From positions 798,037 through 862,036 of the forward strand of contig CBDCVB010000002.1 of NCBI GenBank assembly GCA_965222895.1: DNA of 64,000 bases, written 5' to 3'. The translations under genes were made by a program, and so were the position numbers. Position 1 is the stretch's first letter, and every line of letters starts with the position of its first letter. Origin of the DNA: Dehalococcoidia bacterium (GTDB lineage Bacteria; Chloroflexota; Dehalococcoidia; Lucifugimonadales; UBA3495). Positions 19,708 through 28,295 of the stretch are shown here, piece by piece. The notes under the pieces are model-generated. The model saw only the letters and a program-made list of their open reading frames with translations. It made no database searches and was not told the DNA's origin.

Positions 19708-20610
19708 TCAGTTATCGACGTGGGCCGGGTTGAGCGTGCGCACAAGGTACGCCGTTGCGCCGACGTTCCGCAAGGCGACCTGAACCCTCATCTGCTCAGT
19801 TTCGGAGGATGGCAGACAGAAGATTGTCGGGCCGGCGCCGGAGAGGCGAGGTGTATGTCTGGTTATCGACGCCACAATATCCCATACGTCGGAGAGGCCG
19901 GGAAAGATTGATTGCGCGGCACGCTCAAAAGCATTGCGGCAATCGGTTGACGTTGGCGACGTATGCGACAGTTGGTTTGCCAATCGGTGGGTGTGGCCGC
20001 CGTCGGTAAAATCGCCGGCGGCCAGCGCACGGTACAGCGTCGGCGTTTTGGCGTCAATGGTGTCGCGGGATACCACCAACAATACGGTGGTTGCCGGCAG
20101 GGCTGGCAGGACGGCGAGTCGGTCGCCGCGGCCGGTGGCGAGAGCGGTGCCTCCGGCGAGCAGGAACGGCACATCGGAGCCCAGTGTTGCCGCCAGTTCT
20201 GCCAGTTCAGCTGACCCCAGGTTCAGATGCCAAAGGCGGTTCAGACCAATCAGCGCCGCCGCCGCATCCGCCGAACCACCGCCCAGGCCGGCCGCTACCG
20301 GGATGCGTTTGGTGATGTGAATGCTGGCAGCCGGCGTGATGCCCGCCCGTCGGGCCAGCGCATTGGCCGCCACCCAAACTATGTTTGCCTCACCGGACAG
20401 GGCCGGATCGTCGCACGTGACCGCCAAAGCATCGGACGGTTGCAGGGTCAGGCTATCGGCCAGATCGACAGTTTGCAGGAGGGTGGCAACGTCGTGGAAA
20501 CCGTCAGCACGGCGGCCGATGACTTCCAGCGTCAGGTTGACCTTGGCGTAGGCGGAAACCTGCAACTTGCCGCGTCCTGGATTATCGGGTTCGGTGGTGT
20601 CGGCGACCAT
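19708..20610 (-). CDS. ispE: 4-diphosphocytidyl-2-C-methyl-D-erythritol kinase
   Basis: Motifs: AKVNLTLEV..RRADGFH and the GHMP motif PVAAGLGGGSADAAAAL. Confidence 0.9.
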   Translation of the reverse strand: MVADTTEPDNPGRGKLQVSAYAKVNLTLEVIGRRADGFHDVATLLQTVDLADSLTLQPSDALAVTCDDPALSGEANIVWVAANALARRAGITPAASIHITKRIPVAAGLGGGSADAAAALIGLNRLWHLNLGSAELAELAATLGSDVPFLLAGGTALATGRGDRLAVLPALPATTVLLVVSRDTIDAKTPTLYRALAAGDFTDGGHTHRLANQLSHTSPTSTDCRNAFERAAQSIFPGLSDVWDIVASITRHTPRLSGAGPTIFCLPSSETEQMRVQVALRNVGATAYLVRTLNPAHVDN

Positions 20611-21469
20611 CGTTGCCGGCCGTCGGTTGCAGGTCGCGATGGCGCGGGGTGTTTTGCGGCCACCCGGTGTTGAGGGCCGCCCACTCCGGGATCGTCAAAG
20701 TGGCCGGGCGACGCTGCCCGTCGATGCCGGCTTCCTCCAGCACCGGGGAAACCACCTCTGCCGGGCATCCGGAACCTTGCACCAGCGAGTTGCGCAGTTG
20801 TTTCCGGGGAGCGGCAAACCCGGCGCGAACCAGGGCAAAAAATTCGCTGGTGTTGCCAACATCCGCCGGTGGCTCGTCCCGCATCACCAGTTTTACCACG
20901 GTGGAAGCCACTTTTGGCGGTGGGCGGAACGAGCGTGCCGGCACCTGCGTTACTACCGACGGCACGGCGTAGAACTGGGTAGCAACCGACAGCAGGGTCA
21001 TTGAACCGGGCGGTGCGCACATGGCGGCTGCCACCTCGCGTTGCACCATTACCACCAGCAGGGTGGGATGCAGCGCGGCTTCCAGGAATCGGCGCACGAT
21101 GGGGGATGCCGCGTAGTAAGGGAGGTTGGCGACCAGTTTGTACGGCCCGCCGTCATCAACCAGCGCGGCGATTTCAATGGTGCGTCCATCGGCTGGCAGG
21201 ACTTTCAGGTTGTCTGGATTGCCGATGCGATTGGGTAACCTGGCGGCCAGAGCAGCGTCAAGCTCCACCGCGACGACCTGGCCAGCGACTTCCACGAGTC
21301 GCCTGGTAAGGATGCCGGAACCGGGGCCGATTTCAACGATAGTATCGCCGGGGGACGGATCGGCGGCGGCGACAATCCGATTGGCCACGCGGGTGTCGGT
21401 CAGGAAGTGCTGCCCCAACGACTTGCGAGGGCGGCGAAGGAGAGGTGGCGCGATGGCGGCGTCAGGCAT
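20582..21469 (-). CDS. rsmA: 16S rRNA (adenine1518/1519-N6)-dimethyltransferase
   Basis: Motifs: SLGQHFLTD and IVEIGPGSGILT. The ATG at 21469 is used because the upstream part of track ORF 20582-21745 covers the SRP RNA gene. Confidence 0.85.
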   Translation of the reverse strand: MPDAAIAPPLLRRPRKSLGQHFLTDTRVANRIVAAADPSPGDTIVEIGPGSGILTRRLVEVAGQVVAVELDAALAARLPNRIGNPDNLKVLPADGRTIEIAALVDDGGPYKLVANLPYYAASPIVRRFLEAALHPTLLVVMVQREVAAAMCAPPGSMTLLSVATQFYAVPSVVTQVPARSFRPPPKVASTVVKLVMRDEPPADVGNTSEFFALVRAGFAAPRKQLRNSLVQGSGCPAEVVSPVLEEAGIDGQRRPATLTIPEWAALNTGWPQNTPRHRDLQPTAGNDGRRHHRTR

Positions 21470-21580
21470 TCGTAGTGGGGCTGGGGCTATCGATTTACCG
21501 GGATGTACAGGATAGGCCGGATAAGGATGATGGCTTCGCCGGCCGGATGCGGCTTTTGGAGAGGTGATGGGCTGGGGCAA

Positions 21581-21850
21581 GTGGTCGAGCACCTCCCGTT
21601 GACAGCAACCTGGGGGCATATCGTAGGTAGTGGCTCGGGCCAGGCACTCCCACGGCACTCGCCGGACATCGCTTACCGTTGCTTCCTTCCGGACCTGGCG
21701 GGGTTCACAAGCCTGCGCCGCGTGGGACCCGGCCGTCAGCGCCATTCCCTGAGACAGCGGCCCTTGCGCCTTGCCGAGGGGAGGGATTCCACCCCGCTAT
21801 GGCGGATTGAGGGTATAGGGCACCGCCAGCTCCCCGTGTAGCACGACCAC
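21581..21850 (-). ncRNA. ffs: Signal recognition particle RNA, long (Bacillus-type, with Alu domain)
   Basis: The minus strand reads GTGGTCGTGCTACACGGGGAGCTGGCGGTGCCCTATACCCTCAATCCGCC...GTGAACCCCGCCAGGTCCGGAAGGAAGCAACGG...GGGAGGTGCTCGACCAC. It contains the universal helix-8 motif AGGUCCGGAAGGAAGCA and a 5' Alu-domain block resembling B. subtilis scRNA. A 7-bp terminal helix GTGGTCG/CGACCAC closes the molecule, which is about 270 nt long. Confidence 0.85.
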
Positions 21851-21964
21851 ATATTCATGGTAGGGCCCGACCGGGGTGGTGTCAATCAGCGCTGCGTACA
21901 ATCCGGGAAGGAGATAATTGGATTGGTCGAGATGGCCGAGAGGGTTCGCGAAATTGAGGTCTGC

Positions 21965-21993
21965 TTGAATCGGGGCGCAAACTTCGGTAAAAT
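21965..21993 (+). promoter_or_regulatory. Candidate sigma-70 promoter for speH-speE
   Basis: TTGAAT (21965-21970), a 17-nt spacer, then TAAAAT (21988-21993), about 85 nt upstream of the speH start. Confidence 0.35.
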
Positions 21994-22078
21994 CCTAGAT
22001 TACGACTGCGACCGGGAGGATATTTCGGGTTGCCGTAGAACGGTGCGAGTCGTCTAAACTATCGGGAGAAAAGGTTGA

Positions 22079-22468
22079 TTGAATGTATTAGGTATTCATG
22101 TGCTGCTGGAACTTCGAGAATGCGACCCCCAATTGCTTGACGATTTGGTGTATATCCGCGAACAACTGCTCAACGCCGCAGCCACGGTAGATGCACACGT
22201 CATTGGGGAATCTTTCCACCAGTTCAGCCCGCAGGGGGTGACTGGTATCCTATCCATCGCCGAATCCCATATTTCCATTCATACGTGGCCGGAACACGGT
22301 TACGCGGCGGCGGACATCTTTACCTGCGGCGACCAGACCAAGCCTGACCGCGCCGCTGCTTATATCATCGCTGCCCTGCGGTGCCAGGACCCCGAGATTA
22401 CCCAGATCCGCAGAGGTCTGGACGGCGCCAACGTGGCAGACCTTCATTCGGCGCACCTGGTCAGTTAG
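22079..22468 (+). CDS. speH: S-adenosylmethionine decarboxylase proenzyme (small class 1 type)
   Basis: It has the self-processing site context LSIAESHISIHTWPE and FTCG. The start is TTG, preceded by GGGAGAAAAGG. Confidence 0.9.
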   Translation: MNVLGIHVLLELRECDPQLLDDLVYIREQLLNAAATVDAHVIGESFHQFSPQGVTGILSIAESHISIHTWPEHGYAAADIFTCGDQTKPDRAAAYIIAALRCQDPEITQIRRGLDGANVADLHSAHLVS

Positions 22469-22570
22469 GCAATCAGACCCTATTCTACCGGCCCCGCGTC
22501 AGCCGGCTTGACGGAAACGACTTTCCGCGTCATTCGGCGTTATTTTGGTGTTGTTTTGGCCAGTTACCCA

Positions 22571-23485
22571 ATGGATGAAATCACCGGCAAGTGGGTTATC
22601 GAAACCGTGCTGCCGGACTTGGCAATTATGCTCAAGGTGGATGATGTGCTCTATTCGGGGCACACCGGTTTCCAGCGGGTTGAGGTTGTCCATTCCGATG
22701 TGTATGGTCGCAGCCTTTTGCTGGACGGCAAGACGCAATCCACCGAACGCGACGAGCACATTTACCACGAGACGCTGGTGCATCCGGCGCTGGTGATGCA
22801 TCCCGACCCCCGCCACATTTTCATCGGCGGCGGCGGCGAGGGCGGCACGTTGCGCGAAATCCTGGCGCATCGCAGCGTAGAGCAGGTGGTCATGGTGGAC
22901 CTGGACCAACAGGTGGTTGACCTGTGTCGGGAGCATCTGCCGCAGCACCATCAGGGAGCCTTTGACGACCCGCGGGCCGAGCTGGTGTTCGGCGATGCCC
23001 GCGGATACCTCGAAAACAGCAGCCAGCAATTCGATGTGATGATTATGGACCTGGTAGACCCACTGGAGGGCGGCCCGGCTTATCTGTTGTATACGGAAGA
23101 GTATTACAACATCGCCCGGGCCCGATTGAAACCGGGCGGTATGCTGGTAACCCAATCCGGTCCGGCGGGGTACCTGAGTCTGCAAGAGTGCTTCACCACA
23201 ATCTTCAAGACTCTGGACACCATCTTTGCTGAAGCCGTGCCCTACCACACCCACGTCCCGTCGTTCATCACGTTGTGGGGGTTCACCGTCGCATCCGACG
23301 CTCCTTTGCCCAGGCTGACGCCGGCGGAGGTAGACCGGCGCGTGGCCTCGCGCCTGGCGAAACCGCTACGGCATTACGACGGTGAAACTCACGCCGCCAT
23401 GTTCGCGCTGCCCCGGTTCATCAGGGAAGGGATTGCTGGCGAAACGCGTATCAACCGGGATGACGCCCCGGTGTTTATGGTTTAG
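22571..23485 (+). CDS. speE: Spermidine synthase (polyamine aminopropyltransferase)
   Basis: Motifs: LLLDG..Q, YHETLVHP, IGGGGEGGTLREIL, DLVDP. The ATG at 22571 is preferred to the TTG at 22508. Confidence 0.9.
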   Translation: MDEITGKWVIETVLPDLAIMLKVDDVLYSGHTGFQRVEVVHSDVYGRSLLLDGKTQSTERDEHIYHETLVHPALVMHPDPRHIFIGGGGEGGTLREILAHRSVEQVVMVDLDQQVVDLCREHLPQHHQGAFDDPRAELVFGDARGYLENSSQQFDVMIMDLVDPLEGGPAYLLYTEEYYNIARARLKPGGMLVTQSGPAGYLSLQECFTTIFKTLDTIFAEAVPYHTHVPSFITLWGFTVASDAPLPRLTPAEVDRRVASRLAKPLRHYDGETHAAMFALPRFIREGIAGETRINRDDAPVFMV

Positions 23486-23984
23486 CGGGGCGACTATCCC
23501 CCTCGGCAGCGGCCAGCTCTGGGAAGTCGGTCAGCGGCAGCACTTCTCCGCTCGTTTCGTACCGGTCGACCAGCGAGCGAATGGAATCGGGAACCCGGCG
23601 CGTACCCCCGGTGTCGGCATAGTAACCAACGTAAATCGACTCGATAGTGGTCATGGCTGTCTGGTCAGGGTCGCCGTCCGGCCCGTAAATTGCGACCAGC
23701 AGGGTGAGGCTGGTGTTGCCGATGTGGGTAACGCGTGCCCGCAATTCCAGCATCTGGTCGACCCGGGCCGGGGCCTTGTATTCGATGGTTACCTTGACTA
23801 CCGCGCTGTCGAAGTATCCGGCGGCGGCGATGCGGTAGATGCTGAAGCCCAGGTTACGGAAGTACTCGGCCTGCGCAACTTCCAGCCAGCCCAGATAGCT
23901 GCCGTTGAACGCGATGCCCTGGGCGTCGCATTCCTGCCAGCGCACACGCACGGGCGTGGTGAACCTGAATTCGTCGCGCAGCAC
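23475..23984 (-). CDS. Acyl-CoA thioesterase (4HBT/YbgC-like hotdog fold)
   Basis: Motifs: VRVRWQECDAQGIAFNGSYLGWLEVAQAEYFRNLG..IEYKAPARVDQMLELRARV. The start is inferred as GTG at 23984, just after the trmD stop, and is uncertain. Confidence 0.65.
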   Translation of the reverse strand: MLRDEFRFTTPVRVRWQECDAQGIAFNGSYLGWLEVAQAEYFRNLGFSIYRIAAAGYFDSAVVKVTIEYKAPARVDQMLELRARVTHIGNTSLTLLVAIYGPDGDPDQTAMTTIESIYVGYYADTGGTRRVPDSIRSLVDRYETSGEVLPLTDFPELAAAEGDSRPAKP

Positions 23985-23986
23985 GG

Positions 23987-24781
23987 TTATTCTGCCAATG
24001 GCTCGTTCAACGGTTCGTTCAATGCCTCGTTGCCGTCGCCGGGCCAGCCCAACTGGGCCAGGTAGGCTCGGTCGGAGTTGCTGAGGTGGGCGGCGGGCAG
24101 CAGGTCTGGTCGCAGGTGGAAGGTTCGTTCCAGCGACTGGCGGCGGCGCCACCGGTCGATGGCGGCGTGGTTGCCGGAGCGCAGGATTTCGGGAGCTGCC
24201 ATACCCCGGAAGTCGGCGGGGCGGGTGTACAGCGGGTGTTGCAGCAACCCGGAGGTGATGCTGTCCTCCTGCACATTTTCCGCCGAACCAACCACGTCGG
24301 GGATGAAGCGCGAAACGGCATCGACCATCACCATCGCCGGCAGCTCACCGCCCGTTAGCACGTAATCGCCGATGCTGACTTCGTGGGTGGCCAGGTCGGT
24401 GCGGATGCGTTCGTCAACGCCGGCATAGTGGCCGCAGATGATAACCAGGGCGGGCGCAGCCGCGAACTCGTCGACGAGACGCTGGTTGAAGCGACTGCCC
24501 TGTGGGGATGTGAGCACGACGGGCGTGTTGGCCGCGTCGTCCGCCGGCAGAGAGGCCAGGGTTTTTTCGACCGCAGCGAAGGTGGGTTCCGGTTTCAGTA
24601 CCATACCGGGGCCGCCACCGAACTGGTAATCGTCGGCGGTGCCGTGCCGGTCTTCGGCAAACCGGCGGATGTCCACAACATTTACCGACACCAGGCCCCG
24701 TTGTACGGCCCGCCCCATCATGCTGTATTCAGCGGCGCCGGCAAATGCCTCTGGAAACAGGGTCAGGATGTGAAACCGCAT
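23987..24781 (-). CDS. trmD: tRNA (guanine37-N1)-methyltransferase
   Basis: Motifs: MRFHILTLFPE.., LVIICGHYAGVDERI, EVSIGDYVLTGGELPAMV, HAAIDRWRR. Confidence 0.92.
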   Translation of the reverse strand: MRFHILTLFPEAFAGAAEYSMMGRAVQRGLVSVNVVDIRRFAEDRHGTADDYQFGGGPGMVLKPEPTFAAVEKTLASLPADDAANTPVVLTSPQGSRFNQRLVDEFAAAPALVIICGHYAGVDERIRTDLATHEVSIGDYVLTGGELPAMVMVDAVSRFIPDVVGSAENVQEDSITSGLLQHPLYTRPADFRGMAAPEILRSGNHAAIDRWRRRQSLERTFHLRPDLLPAAHLSNSDRAYLAQLGWPGDGNEALNEPLNEPLAE

Positions 24782-24862
24782 AGCCGGCGCTTAGCTCCGC
24801 TGCGTTGCCTGAGGAGCGCGGGATCCCAACGGATTGGCGCTCCCGGTGTTGTGCAATGCCAG

Positions 24863-26128
24863 TCAGGCCGGTTGCAGGTTCAAAGCCGGCAGGCGGTTGC
24901 TGTAGGGTTCGCCGCCTTTCATAATCATCAGCAGGCGTTCGCGATCACGCAGTACCGAAATGTTCCGCAGCGGGTCGCCATCTACGACCAGGATGTCCGC
25001 CAGCTTGCCGGCGGCGATGGTGCCAACGTCGTTGCCCAGCCCGCAGCACACAGCCGCGTGGCCGGTGGCCGACTGGATGGCGAGCATGGCGCTCATGCCC
25101 TTCTCAACCATCAGTTCCAGCTCGCGGGCGTTGTCGCCGTGGACAAACCCTCCGGCGTCGGTGCCGGCAACGATGCGAACACCCTCCTTGATGGCCAGTT
25201 CCACGCTCTTGATGTGGATGTCCATCAAAGCCTCGGCGCGCACCTTGATGTGGGGTGCGCTGACGGTGCTGTGGAAATCGTACACCTCGAAGGTGGGCGT
25301 GAAGAAGGTGCCCTGGTCGGCCATCATCTTGATCCAGTCGGGATTGACGGCCAGATAGCAGCCGTGCTCGATGGAGCCGGCGCCGGCCTGGATGGAGATG
25401 GGCAAGCCGGCGCCGCCCACCGCGTGACAGAGCGTGCCGCGACCCAGGGCGGTGGCCTCATCGACCAGGGCCCTGGCCTCGTCCAGCGCGTAGGCCTGAT
25501 CCAGCGGGCCGTTGCCGGGGCGACCGGAGGCTCCGCCGGTGGTGGCAAACTTGATCTGGTCGGCGCCGCAACGCACCAGCTCGCGAACCTTGGCGCGAAC
25601 GGCATCGACGCCGTCGGCCACACCGGGTGGAGACAGTGGGTCATGGCCCAGAACGTGTTTGCTGTGTCCGCTGCCGCTAACCTTGTCCTCAATGCCGCCC
25701 GTGGGGGTCATGATGTTTATCGAGATAATGAGGCGTGGGCCCTTGATGATGCCCTGCTCCACCGCCATTTTGAAACCCACGTCGAGGCCGCCGGCGTCGC
25801 GCACCGTGGTGTAGCCGGCCGCCAGCGTGTCTTCGATGACCTGTGCGGTTTTGACGTTGCTGAGGGAGAGCGGTTCGTCCATACCCCACCGGCCGGTCAG
25901 CCCGTAGCCGCCCGACGCCAGGTGGTCATGCACGTCGATCAGGCCGGGCATGATGGTGTGGCCCGTTGCATCGAGGACTTCGCAGCCGTCCGGGATGTTG
26001 ACGGCAGCGCGGGGGCCGACCTCAACGATGCGGTCACCGTCGACGAGCACGGTGGCATTTTCCACTACCGGACTGCCGGTACCGTCAATCAGATTACCGC
26101 CTACAATAGCCAGCATGGCGCACCTCAT
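24863..26128 (-). CDS. Amidohydrolase-family metal-dependent hydrolase
   Basis: Motifs: PGLIDVHDHL, HAVG, GTDAG. An alternative ATG lies at 26116. Confidence 0.85.
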   Translation of the reverse strand: MRCAMLAIVGGNLIDGTGSPVVENATVLVDGDRIVEVGPRAAVNIPDGCEVLDATGHTIMPGLIDVHDHLASGGYGLTGRWGMDEPLSLSNVKTAQVIEDTLAAGYTTVRDAGGLDVGFKMAVEQGIIKGPRLIISINIMTPTGGIEDKVSGSGHSKHVLGHDPLSPPGVADGVDAVRAKVRELVRCGADQIKFATTGGASGRPGNGPLDQAYALDEARALVDEATALGRGTLCHAVGGAGLPISIQAGAGSIEHGCYLAVNPDWIKMMADQGTFFTPTFEVYDFHSTVSAPHIKVRAEALMDIHIKSVELAIKEGVRIVAGTDAGGFVHGDNARELELMVEKGMSAMLAIQSATGHAAVCCGLGNDVGTIAAGKLADILVVDGDPLRNISVLRDRERLLMIMKGGEPYSNRLPALNLQPA

Positions 26129-26378
26129 ATTGGGTCGGGTCGTTTAGATGCAGCGGGCAGCTCGCCGGGGTGTCGAAAGAATCTACCTCGAAAGGAACCA
26201 ACTGGGAAAGCGGCCCGGCACCGATGCTAAATTGGCCGCCGGCGGTTGTCAAGGATGCGGCAGTTTTCGGCGCGAGTGCCCGGCGTCACGCGACGAACCG
26301 GCGTCATCGGTTGGGATATAATGACCGCGACACAGAGTCCCACCAACTCCAACCGCATCAAGCAACCTGATGATTGAG

Positions 26379-26526
26379 CTCACGCGTACCCACTTTAATC
26401 TGTCATTGCGAGAAGCATAGCGACGTGGCAATCTCGATGAGGTTGAACACAGGTCGGCGAACCGCCGTTGCTACGGCGACGAGATTGCCACGCTGCGCTC
26501 GCAATGACAAAGTGGGTACGCACGAG
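26379..26526. mobile_element. 148-bp MITE (type 1), copy 1
   Basis: Terminal inverted repeats are CTCACGCGTACCCACTT.. and ..AAGTGGGTACGCACGAG, with internal palindromic arms GTCATTGCGAG..GGCAATCTCG and CGAGATTGCC..CTCGCAATGAC. A perfect 10-bp direct repeat GATGATTGAG flanks it (26369-26378 and 26527-26536). Confidence 0.8.
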
Positions 26527-26634
26527 GATGATTGAGATATTCCGCGACATACGGTCGCCGTTTCGGGTTTGACCAGGATTCGGACGCATAAATTGGGCAA
26601 TAATTTGGAAAGGTCAATCCGCTACATCACACTC

Positions 26635-27624
26635 ATGCTGGCGGTCGTGCTGTCGACAGCGGCCTTGGGTTGCTTCGCGGCTGATTGGTTTGGTGGTGAT
26701 TTGCCGCGGGTGGCCTACCTGTCCAATTCCTCTGGGGAAGCGGAAGTGTGGATCTACGATGCCAACTCCAGTGAGTCGGTGCGAGTATCGAGGCGCAATT
26801 CGGAATCCCGCTATCCGCGTTGGTCGAACGAACAGCGATTTCTGGCGTGGGTAACGGTTGGGAGCCCAGGGCAATTGAGGATTTACGACTCTGCCAGCGG
26901 GGACGTTGCGACGCTGGTGGCAGCGGTCGACGACACCCAGCCGCCGGTTTGGTCGCCCGATGGCAGCCGTATCGCCTACGTGTCAGATGCTGAAGGCGAG
27001 TCGGACATCTATATGGTGGATCTGACCACACGCCAGCCCACCCGGTTGACGTTTGGCGACGCGGAGGAACGCGTCGGCGACTGGTCGCCGGATGGGGAGT
27101 GGCTGGTTTTTACCGAAGTTGGGCGCGATGGCCTGTTGCTGCGTAATCCGGAAGGAGTCAACCGCATTGCACTCACCGACGGCGCGGACAGCGACCCGGT
27201 GTGGTCTCCCAAAGGCGACCGGATCGCCTTCCTGCGCCGGACCGATGGCGGCCGGGACGTGTACGTGCTACGTCCCACCAAGTCGGACAACTGGGCGGAT
27301 GACACCGATGAGTTGTCGGTGTCCGACCTGGATGAGGATGAGTTTGAGCCATCCTGGTCCCCGGATGGTCGGCGGATTGCATTCGCGGCTCGCGACGAAG
27401 AGCAATCTGAAATCTACAATGTCCTCGTTGATGGCACGGATCTTCGGCGGTTGACTCATAACCGGGTGGATGACCACTCGCCGGTCTGGTCGGCTACCGG
27501 AGACCAGATTGTTTTCGTGTCTTACGCCTACGGCAATGCCGAGATTCTGTACATGAACGGCGACGGCGGAAGTCAAACACGCATCACCACCAACGACCAT
27601 ACGGACACCGACCCGGACTGGTAA
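26635..27624 (+). CDS. TolB-like PD40 beta-propeller repeat (lipo)protein
   Basis: It has five or more repeats of the form WSPDG..IAF/VF (PVWSPDGSRIAYVSD, GDWSPDGEWLVF, PVWSPKGDRIAF, PSWSPDGRRIAFAA, PVWSATGDQIVFVS). The N-terminus is signal/lipobox-like (LSTAALGC). Confidence 0.8.
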   Translation: MLAVVLSTAALGCFAADWFGGDLPRVAYLSNSSGEAEVWIYDANSSESVRVSRRNSESRYPRWSNEQRFLAWVTVGSPGQLRIYDSASGDVATLVAAVDDTQPPVWSPDGSRIAYVSDAEGESDIYMVDLTTRQPTRLTFGDAEERVGDWSPDGEWLVFTEVGRDGLLLRNPEGVNRIALTDGADSDPVWSPKGDRIAFLRRTDGGRDVYVLRPTKSDNWADDTDELSVSDLDEDEFEPSWSPDGRRIAFAARDEEQSEIYNVLVDGTDLRRLTHNRVDDHSPVWSATGDQIVFVSYAYGNAEILYMNGDGGSQTRITTNDHTDTDPDW

Positions 27625-27668
27625 CGTCCCGCCGCAACGAGTTCATCCGCAGTGAGGTCATCACGGGT

Positions 27669-28295
27669 ATGTCCGCAACACCACCAGACGTGAATCCCGC
27701 CGACGTTGGTCGGATACTGAGCCTGCTGAGCGCGCCGCTGGTTGCCGTTTCGGTGCGCTTCGGAGAGGTCGCCAACGCCCAGATTGCGGTTACCGTTTCA
27801 TCTGCATCCATCGTGCTGCACCGGCCGCGGGTCATCGTGCAGATTTACCACACCAACTACACCCATGAACTGATCGCCCAAAGCGGCGTGATGGCGCTGA
27901 ACTTCCTGTCCCCCGACCAACTGCCGTTAATCTGGAAACTGGGAATGCGATCCGGTCGCAACGGCGACAAGCTGGCTGATGTTCCCTACGAGAACGGAAT
28001 AACGGGCTGCCCGATTCTGGCCGGCGGTTTCGGATACCTGGACTGCCGTGTCGTCAACGCCATGGACGGCGGCGACATGACGGCGTTCCTGGGTGAAGTG
28101 GTGGCGAGCGAGACTCGGGGAGAGCAACCCCTGCGCTGGCGCGAGGCCCGGCCACGTCTGCCGCAACGCTGGGCTGACGAATGGGATCGCAAAATTGCCG
28201 GCGAGATGACGACATCCGAACATCAAATGACTCAGATTGACGCGGCAATCTGGGCTGAACACCCTGCTTTCTGGAGGCGAGATGACTCTGTCTGA
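27669..28295 (+). CDS. Flavin reductase-like (FMN-binding split-barrel) protein
   Basis: The residue pattern is typical of the flavin reductase domain: VAVSV..IAVTVSSASIVLHRPRVIV..., ALNFLS, GYLDCRVVNAMDGGDMTAFLGEVV. Confidence 0.65.
   Translation: MSATPPDVNPADVGRILSLLSAPLVAVSVRFGEVANAQIAVTVSSASIVLHRPRVIVQIYHTNYTHELIAQSGVMALNFLSPDQLPLIWKLGMRSGRNGDKLADVPYENGITGCPILAGGFGYLDCRVVNAMDGGDMTAFLGEVVASETRGEQPLRWREARPRLPQRWADEWDRKIAGEMTTSEHQMTQIDAAIWAEHPAFWRRDDSV

Noticed and set aside
21470-21745. An N-terminal 92-aa extension of rsmA in the track ORF.
   Set aside because: Most of it (21581-21745) is occupied by the SRP RNA gene on the same strand. RsmA homology begins at the ATG at 21469.
21857-22057. 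A 66-aa ORF upstream of speH.
   Set aside because: It has no motif and spans the predicted speH promoter and leader, so it is probably non-coding.
24383-26230. A 615-aa ORF on the plus strand.
   Set aside because: It is antisense to the amidohydrolase gene (PGLIDVHDHL and other motifs on the minus strand). The product is Gly/Ala/Val/His-rich with no motifs, typical of a shadow ORF in high-GC DNA.
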